From Nitrospiraceae bacterium (GTDB taxonomy: Bacteria; Nitrospirota; Thermodesulfovibrionia; UBA6902): a stretch of 64,000 bases of DNA. Every line of letters begins with the position of its first letter. Positions within the stretch are counted from its first letter, which is position 1. Made by a program: the position numbers and the translations under genes. Under the pieces are notes generated by a model. That model saw only the letters and a program-made list of their open reading frames with translations. It did not search any database and was not told the origin of the DNA. Positions 58,941 through 64,000 of the stretch are shown piece by piece. The stretch is from assembly GCA_003599275.1 (NCBI GenBank), contig QZJG01000065.1, forward strand, positions 1,410 through 65,409, given 5' to 3'.

Positions 58941-59100
58941 AGACGGTTTTCGCCTTGGCTATATTTTTCATGGCTTTCCTCGCAGGCGCATGGACCCCCT
59001 CGATAGCCGAGGAAGAAATGGTAACAGTTTCGATGATCTGCCTGCGTACCTCAGGGTCTTTAAGGAAGGGGTTGGTTTCAAGTAATGACTTCTTTGACAT
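58894..59100 (-). CDS. Small protein carrying the Fic-inhibitory (S/T)xxxE(G/N) motif; candidate antitoxin or Fic N-terminal remnant
   Basis: MSKKSLLETNPFLKDPEVRRQIIETVTISSSAIEGVHAP... contains SSAIEG. It is convergent with fic and overlaps its 3' end by 47 nt. Weak RBS. Confidence 0.35.
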   Translation of the reverse strand: MSKKSLLETNPFLKDPEVRRQIIETVTISSSAIEGVHAPARKAMKNIAKAKTVFSTAHVSVSSGKPRT

Positions 59101-59145
59101 GCTATATCATACCATTTGATGACAGGATATCGAAAGGCATAATAA

Positions 59146-59217
59146 ATGACTAACGGCTCAGCCACTATAGTCCAAAAACTCTGGAACTATTGCAACGTCC
59201 TTCGTGACGACGGATGA
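59146..59217 (+). pseudogene. hsdM: 5' fragment of hsdM (copy 2)
   Basis: MTNGSATIVQKLWNYCNVLRDDG* is about 85% nt-identical to copy 1 and is truncated by TGA. Confidence 0.6.
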
Positions 59218-59361
59218 ACCGCGACGACATTACCGACTTCAACTGATCTTTCAATGTCAGGCGAAGTCTGACGCCCCCAAAAAATCTCTTGACAGGTCGG
59301 CTTTGGTCTCATATGATTTTATCAGGGAGTATTACAGGATTTTTATAGCAGTGCAAAGGAG

Positions 59362-59766
59362 GTGAATGAGGTGAGGTTTTCGCTTATTAAACATATTTCG
59401 TGGTATCTTGTTTTTGTCATGTTCCTGACCGGCATTGTGCCCCGCGTCGAAGCAGGGATTTCCCCTTCGGAGGCGATTGCCGCCGTGGGATTTGACAGGG
59501 GTTCCGATATCCAAACGATCCGGAAATTCATCGAAATGAAAATGGTGAGGGAAAGACTCGCGAAACTTGGATTCACTGCGGATGAGGTCCAGTCGAGACT
59601 CGGTCAATTAAGTGATGAGCGGATCCATCAGCTCGCACAGAGGCTCGATGACCTTAAGGTCGGCGCCGACGACGGGCTGGGGATCATAATCGCCTTACTT
59701 GTTATCGCGATTTTGATAGTCATTCTGATACAGCTTACGGGTCGCAAGATTATTATCACCAAATGA
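59362..59766 (+). CDS. PA2779-family small protein (signal peptide plus C-terminal TM)
   Basis: N-terminal signal and C-terminal hydrophobic LGIIIALLVIAILIVILIQL. Paired with a downstream C39-like peptidase, as in PA2779/PA2778 pairs. Confidence 0.45.
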   Translation: MNEVRFSLIKHISWYLVFVMFLTGIVPRVEAGISPSEAIAAVGFDRGSDIQTIRKFIEMKMVRERLAKLGFTADEVQSRLGQLSDERIHQLAQRLDDLKVGADDGLGIIIALLVIAILIVILIQLTGRKIIITK

Positions 59767-59781
59767 TTTTCAGGGACCTCT

Positions 59782-60348
59782 ATGTCAGGCAACGTCAGTT
59801 CTTATAGGACAAAAAAGGATGCAGCGCTGCATCCTTTTTTGTTTCTCGTGGTATTTTCTTTTGTCATTTCATGCTCCGGTGCGGCTGAGATAAGGGGGGG
59901 CGGCGTCGAAATTATCAGGGACGTCCCTTTCTATCCGCAGGAGGCCTACCAGTGCGGCCCTTCATCACTTGCCGGAGTAATGAATTATCTCGGAGCGGAT
60001 GCCACGCCTGAGGAGATCGCGGAGGAGATTTACAGTAAATCGGCAGGAGGGACGCTGGATATGGACATGGTCCTATACGCGGAGAAAAAGGGGTTGAGGG
60101 CGAGCCTGTATGAAGGCAGCTTTGAGGACATCAGGGACAAAGTCATGTCGCAGCAGCCGCTGATAGTCATGGTGGATTACGGTTTCTGGGTTTATCAGCA
60201 AAACCATTTTATGGTTGTTACAGGATTCGACAAAAACGGTGTTATAGTCAATTCCGGCAGAGAGCAACACAAGTTTCTGCCCATAAATAATTTTTTGAGG
60301 TCGTGGGAGAGGACAAAATTCCGGACACTCCTTATATTGCCCCAATGA
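59782..60348 (+). CDS. C39-like (PA2778-family) cysteine peptidase
   Basis: FYPQEAYQCGPSSLAGVMNYLG (Cys) and HFMVVTGFD (His) dyad. Signal peptide. Confidence 0.6.
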   Translation: MSGNVSSYRTKKDAALHPFLFLVVFSFVISCSGAAEIRGGGVEIIRDVPFYPQEAYQCGPSSLAGVMNYLGADATPEEIAEEIYSKSAGGTLDMDMVLYAEKKGLRASLYEGSFEDIRDKVMSQQPLIVMVDYGFWVYQQNHFMVVTGFDKNGVIVNSGREQHKFLPINNFLRSWERTKFRTLLILPQ

Positions 60349-60848
60349 TAAGATCTGCGAAATGCATAATATGCCTTAAACCCAGGACCCTGTTTTTACT
60401 TCTTCTCTTATCGCTGCTGATTTTTTCCGCATGCAGGCTTCCAAGGATAATCGTTCTGGACGACCCGCTTGCCCCGGAGGAACATTTAAACCTGGGGGTC
60501 GCATATGAAAAAAACGGCGAGTTTGATTCAGCATTAAAAGAATATGGTCTTGCCGCTAAAAGGCTTCCCCTTGCCTTTCTTTATCTCGGCAATGTTTATT
60601 TTCAGAAGAACGAATTTGATAAGGCTGAGGAATATTACGGGAAGGCCATCACGGCGGACCCTGCAAATGCCGACGCATATAATAATCTTGCATGGCTTTA
60701 CTACACACAAAAGGACAATCTCCCGGAAGCGGAAGGTCTTGTGCTGAAGGCAATTGAACTGGCCCCCTCGAAGGATGCTGTTTACAGGGACACCCTTGAA
60801 AAGATCAGGTCTTTAAGAAAGTCCTCACCACCTGATCTTTTTCTATAA
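60345..60848 (+). CDS. TPR-repeat lipoprotein
   Basis: Lipobox LLIFSAC followed by TPR repeats (LNLGVAYEKNGEFDSALKEY..., YLGNVYFQKNEFDKAEEYY..., YNNLAWLYY). The ORF is open from 60303. Confidence 0.6.
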   Translation: MIRSAKCIICLKPRTLFLLLLLSLLIFSACRLPRIIVLDDPLAPEEHLNLGVAYEKNGEFDSALKEYGLAAKRLPLAFLYLGNVYFQKNEFDKAEEYYGKAITADPANADAYNNLAWLYYTQKDNLPEAEGLVLKAIELAPSKDAVYRDTLEKIRSLRKSSPPDLFL

Positions 60849-61412
60849 CAACCTGTAAGGATAGGCCCTTTTTGTCCACTGGCTCTCCGGGTGCTTTGCC
60901 TGAAGCTCCTCATATGCCTTTTTGAGCGCTTTGGCGTCGTGGGTATTCTTGTATAAGTTAACGCCTTTCAAATATATCGCCTCAGGGACAAAATCGCTTT
61001 TGGGGTATTCCGTCATCAGGTTGTCAAGATATACGAGCGCTTTTTCGAACTGGCCGGTGTCGAAGCCGGATTTCGCCATTCCTAAATACAACGAGGGTAT
61101 CAGCTCTTCCGGCCCCAGGAAGCCCAGCGTCCTGTGGTGCTCCGTGCCTTCGGCGTCGAGCGTAATGAGCGTAGGGGTCCACTTTATATTGAAATCATCG
61201 GCAAGCGGTTTTGCATCAAACTGGACGCGGAGCGGCACGAAGTGCTGATTGACGAACCTTATGACTTTGCTGTCGGGATGCGTAACTGCATCCATCTGCT
61301 GACAGCCGATTCAGCCCGGGTTATAAAAATCGAGCAGCACATGTTTTTTTTCTGAACGCGCCCGTGACAGCGCCCTGCTCATATCGGTTTCCCATTGGGT
61401 CCTGTTTTCCAT
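60843..61412 (-). CDS. Thioredoxin-like (Thioredoxin_7/TlpA-like) selenoprotein with UxxC redox motif
   Basis: A single frame from ATG 61410-61412 (RBS GGAGG) reads MENRTQWETDMSRALSRARSEKKHVLLDFYNPG-[TGA]-IGCQQMDAVTHPD..., so TGA (61311-61313) sits at the first Cys of the CxxC motif. A SECIS-like stem-loop follows the UGA. Confidence 0.65.
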
Positions 61413-61447
61413 CGCCGACCTCCGGTTGTTTTTTTAATCTTCAGGCA

Positions 61448-61843
61448 CTACCTGGCCACGCTCGTCAGGGAACGGACATGTTCACATGCCTGCAAAACCT
61501 CTTTTTTGAATTTCTCGAAATCGATCTGCATGCCGTTGACATAGGTGCTCCATCCGGCGGTCGATTTGGCAAAATGGACCGCGTCCTCTATCTCTGCGTC
61601 GGTCGCTCCGTTTAATTTTGCCAGCTCCGTATGGTAAAACGAACAGTAGCGGCACTTGGTTGCGGCAGATATTGCGACACCGATGAGTTCCCTGTATTTA
61701 TTCGGTATCGGCCCCTCATCAAACTGTACGCGCTTAAAAAGCTGCCACTCCATCTCTAATGACGAATCCGGAAGCGGCTTGAACATGCTTGGGACCACCC
61801 CGAACATGTCTTCGATTTCCTTATAAACAGTTTCTCTTCTCAT
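61448..61843 (-). CDS. AhpD-like / carboxymuconolactone decarboxylase family protein
   Basis: TKCRYCSFYHTELAK (CxxC...H signature of AhpD/CMD). Start ATG 61841-61843 with RBS GGAGG. Co-directional with, and 36 bp upstream of, the selenoprotein gene. Confidence 0.65.
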   Translation of the reverse strand: MRRETVYKEIEDMFGVVPSMFKPLPDSSLEMEWQLFKRVQFDEGPIPNKYRELIGVAISAATKCRYCSFYHTELAKLNGATDAEIEDAVHFAKSTAGWSTYVNGMQIDFEKFKKEVLQACEHVRSLTSVAR

Positions 61844-62040
61844 AATTCCTCCTTCCTTGCATCCGGCAAATATGCCGGGAACATCCGCTGCTGCAGGCCT
61901 GTTCCCGCACAATAGTTTATTTTCTAACAATATCACCTGAAGGGAACTTTGATATGATTTAAATCATAGGATGCCCGGTCAGTCATGCAGGAGATTTTGG
62001 CAATCTGTGAAATCCTGCGATTGTAAGTTAAAATATCCGA

Positions 62041-64000
62041 ATGTCCATGCGTGAACTTATAATAGAAGGCGCGAAACAGAACAACCTGAGAAATATAAGC
62101 CTCCGGTTGCCTCACAATAAATTTATCACAATAACGGGCGTGTCAGGCTCCGGCAAGTCTTCACTTGCATTCGACACCATATTCGCCGAAGGACAGTGGA
62201 GATTTATAGAGTCCCTCTCGACCTACGCGAGGCTCTTCCTTGAAAAGCTTGACCGCCCCGACGTCGATGCGATCCGCAATATAAGGCCTGCGATCGCCCT
62301 TGAACAGCGCAATCCCGTTAAGACCTCGCGCTCGACGGTCGGCACATCCACTGAGATTTATGACTACCTCAGGCTTCTTTACGCAAAGATATCCCGGCCG
62401 CACTGTGCGAAATGCAGCCGGGTGCTGAAAGCATGGACCACATCAGCGGTGGTAAAAGAGCTTGTTGAGAAATATGCAGGAAGAAAGGCCGTAATAGTTT
62501 TTGATTCCGAAGGACCGCCGGAGAATCTCAGGCAAAGAGGGTTCAACAGGATATGGGTGAATGGTGAGATCAGGGACATTGCCTCATTCATTCCGGAACA
62601 CAGTAAGGACGTATCCGTTACTGTGCTCCTCGACAGGCTTGTTATTAAGGATGGGCCGCGTCTCTCTGATTCGATAGAGACCGCCTGGGAGAACGGTGGG
62701 AAAAGCGTGAAGGTGGAGCTGATCGGCGATTTGCCGGAAAATAATGAGCTGCTCCGGTTCAGCTCTGAATTGAGATGCCCTGATTGCGGTATTGAAATCC
62801 TGAGGCCCCAGCCTCTACTTTTCTCCTTCAACCATCCGCTCGGGGCGTGCCCTGAATGCAAAGGGTTCGGCAACACACTTGAATACTCTGAAGACTGCGT
62901 AGTCCCTGATAAAGACCTTACACTCGCAAAAGGGGCGATAGAACCCTGGAGCAAACCCGCTTACAGATGGTGGTACAGGCAGTTTGCAAAAGCCGCCAAA
63001 GCACACGGCATCAGGCTTGACGTCCCATATAACAGTCTTTCCCGCAAGGAAATAGAGCTCCTGACAAAAGGCTCGCCTGATTTTTACGGGATAGACGATT
63101 TTTTCGAAGAACTCGAAGGCAAACGGTATAAACTCCATGTCAGGGTATTCCTGAGCAGGTACAGGAAGGCCGTTACATGCGGGCATTGCGGCGGCAGCAG
63201 GCTGAGACCGGACGCACTCGCATTTACGATAGGCGGGCTTAACATTTCGCAGATGACGGAGATGTCCGTTATGCAATTGAATGATTACTTTTTGGCCCTT
63301 CCACTTACGGAATACGAACGCGAAATATCTTCCGAGATACTCAGACAGATCAATCTTAAATTGAGTTTTCTGATGCGGGTGGGTATAGGCTACCTTACCC
63401 TTAAGAGGGAAGCAAAGACGCTTTCGGGCGGCGAATCCCAGAGGATAAACCTCTCGAACCAGCTTGCGTCCCGGCTCACCGGAACGTTATATGTTCTGGA
63501 TGAGCCGACAGTCGGCCTTCATTCAAGGGACGTAAGCAGGATAGCCGACATACTCAAAGAGCTTGCGGCTGCAGGCAATACCGTTGTTGCGGTAGAGCAT
63601 GACAGGACCATAATCAATGCCTCGGACTGGATCGTCGAGCTCGGTCCCGGCGGAGGGGGCCTCGGTGGCAGGCTGCTGTTCTCCGGATGGAAAGAGGATT
63701 TCCTCAAGGCAGGTACGCTGACGGCGGATTATCTGAAAGGCGCCAGGTCAATTCCCGTGCCTAAAATCAGGAAAAAGGGAAGCGGGAAAAAATTGTCCGT
63801 GAAGGGCGCAAGGGGAAACAATCTGAAGAACGTAGACATAACTATCCCGCTTCAGACCCTCACCTGCGTAACGGGCGTCTCCGGCTCGGGGAAAAGTACT
63901 ATTGTGGAAGATACGGTTTACAAGGCGCTTGCCCGGCATTTCAAGACGGAATTTGAAGTCTCTCAGCCCTACGAAAAAATGGAGGGCGCCGAATACCTCA
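62041..64000 (+). CDS. uvrA: Excinuclease ABC subunit A (UvrA family), 3'-partial
   Basis: LRNISLRLPHNKFITITGVSGSGKSSLAFDTIFAEGQ, zinc-finger CPDCG...CPECKG, ABC signature LSGGESQR. The ORF is open to the window end. Confidence 0.85.
   Translation, partial: MSMRELIIEGAKQNNLRNISLRLPHNKFITITGVSGSGKSSLAFDTIFAEGQWRFIESLSTYARLFLEKLDRPDVDAIRNIRPAIALEQRNPVKTSRSTVGTSTEIYDYLRLLYAKISRPHCAKCSRVLKAWTTSAVVKELVEKYAGRKAVIVFDSEGPPENLRQRGFNRIWVNGEIRDIASFIPEHSKDVSVTVLLDRLVIKDGPRLSDSIETAWENGGKSVKVELIGDLPENNELLRFSSELRCPDCGIEILRPQPLLFSFNHPLGACPECKGFGNTLEYSEDCVVPDKDLTLAKGAIEPWSKPAYRWWYRQFAKAAKAHGIRLDVPYNSLSRKEIELLTKGSPDFYGIDDFFEELEGKRYKLHVRVFLSRYRKAVTCGHCGGSRLRPDALAFTIGGLNISQMTEMSVMQLNDYFLALPLTEYEREISSEILRQINLKLSFLMRVGIGYLTLKREAKTLSGGESQRINLSNQLASRLTGTLYVLDEPTVGLHSRDVSRIADILKELAAAGNTVVAVEHDRTIINASDWIVELGPGGGGLGGRLLFSGWKEDFLKAGTLTADYLKGARSIPVPKIRKKGSGKKLSVKGARGNNLKNVDITIPLQTLTCVTGVSGSGKSTIVEDTVYKALARHFKTEFEVSQPYEKMEGAEYL

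Noticed and set aside
1-64000. CRISPR arrays, rRNA genes, transposases/integrases
   Set aside because: No regularly spaced direct repeats of CRISPR type were seen. No rRNA-like segments and no recognisable transposase or integrase ORFs were found. The accessory islands therefore lack obvious mobility genes within this window.

Overview
This is a 64 kb chromosomal window from a Gram-negative bacterium, probably an anaerobe that uses selenocysteine. The organism-level reading rests on the lipid A genes lpxB/kdtA/lpxK, a periplasmic [NiFe] hydrogenase, and two genes with in-frame TGA at conserved Cys positions.

Housekeeping core, all recognised from conserved motifs:
- cstA (partial) at the window start
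- an NtrC-family activator followed by a sigma-54 promoter driving two Hsp20 genes
- lpxB-kdtA-lpxK-yjbQ
- a hybrid histidine kinase, an MFS transporter, Kup, and a c-di-GMP cluster (GGDEF, a MshEN-type GspE/PilB ATPase, and a PAS/degenerate-GGDEF/PilZ protein)
- panC
- hyaA-hyaB-hyaC hydrogenase
- dnaJ-hspR-clpB with a HAIR-like operator
- recR-ybaB-dnaX-ffs, tRNA-Ser(GGA), polA
- uvrA (partial) at the window end

Two AT-rich accessory islands stand out.
- Island A (about 11.86-20.8 kb) sits next to a remnant of an R-M methyltransferase C-terminus. It carries a ParB-like nuclease-domain protein, a candidate restriction endonuclease translationally coupled to a Dcm C5-methyltransferase, then a GHKL ATPase, a Z1-domain P-loop protein, a PD-(D/E)xK nuclease and Vsr. 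This is the conserved but uncharacterised Dcm-associated HATPase/Z1/nuclease neighbourhood, so it is a candidate defence system.
- Island B (about 55.9-59.3 kb) is a decayed type I R-M locus. It holds an hsdS 3' fragment and two diverged hsdM 5' fragments. Inserted into it are a TIR-like/TPR protein and a class I Fic toxin with a convergent, overlapping ORF carrying the Fic-inhibitory SxxxEG motif.

The most unusual single observation is in the [NiFe] hydrogenase large subunit. It has two in-frame TGA codons exactly at the two cysteines of the N-terminal RxCGxC nickel-binding motif. That points to a double-selenocysteine N-terminal site rather than the usual C-terminal one.

A second selenoprotein candidate is a thioredoxin-like gene with a UxxC motif and a SECIS-like hairpin. 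It sits next to an AhpD-like gene.

Other notable items:
- a stand-alone paralog of the S8 protease prodomain encoded just upstream of the protease
- a YYAACTC heptamer tandem repeat inside lpxK
- a pseudo-receiver (Asp replaced by Ser) in the sigma-54 activator
- several operator-like repeat arrays

No CRISPR array or rRNA gene was seen.
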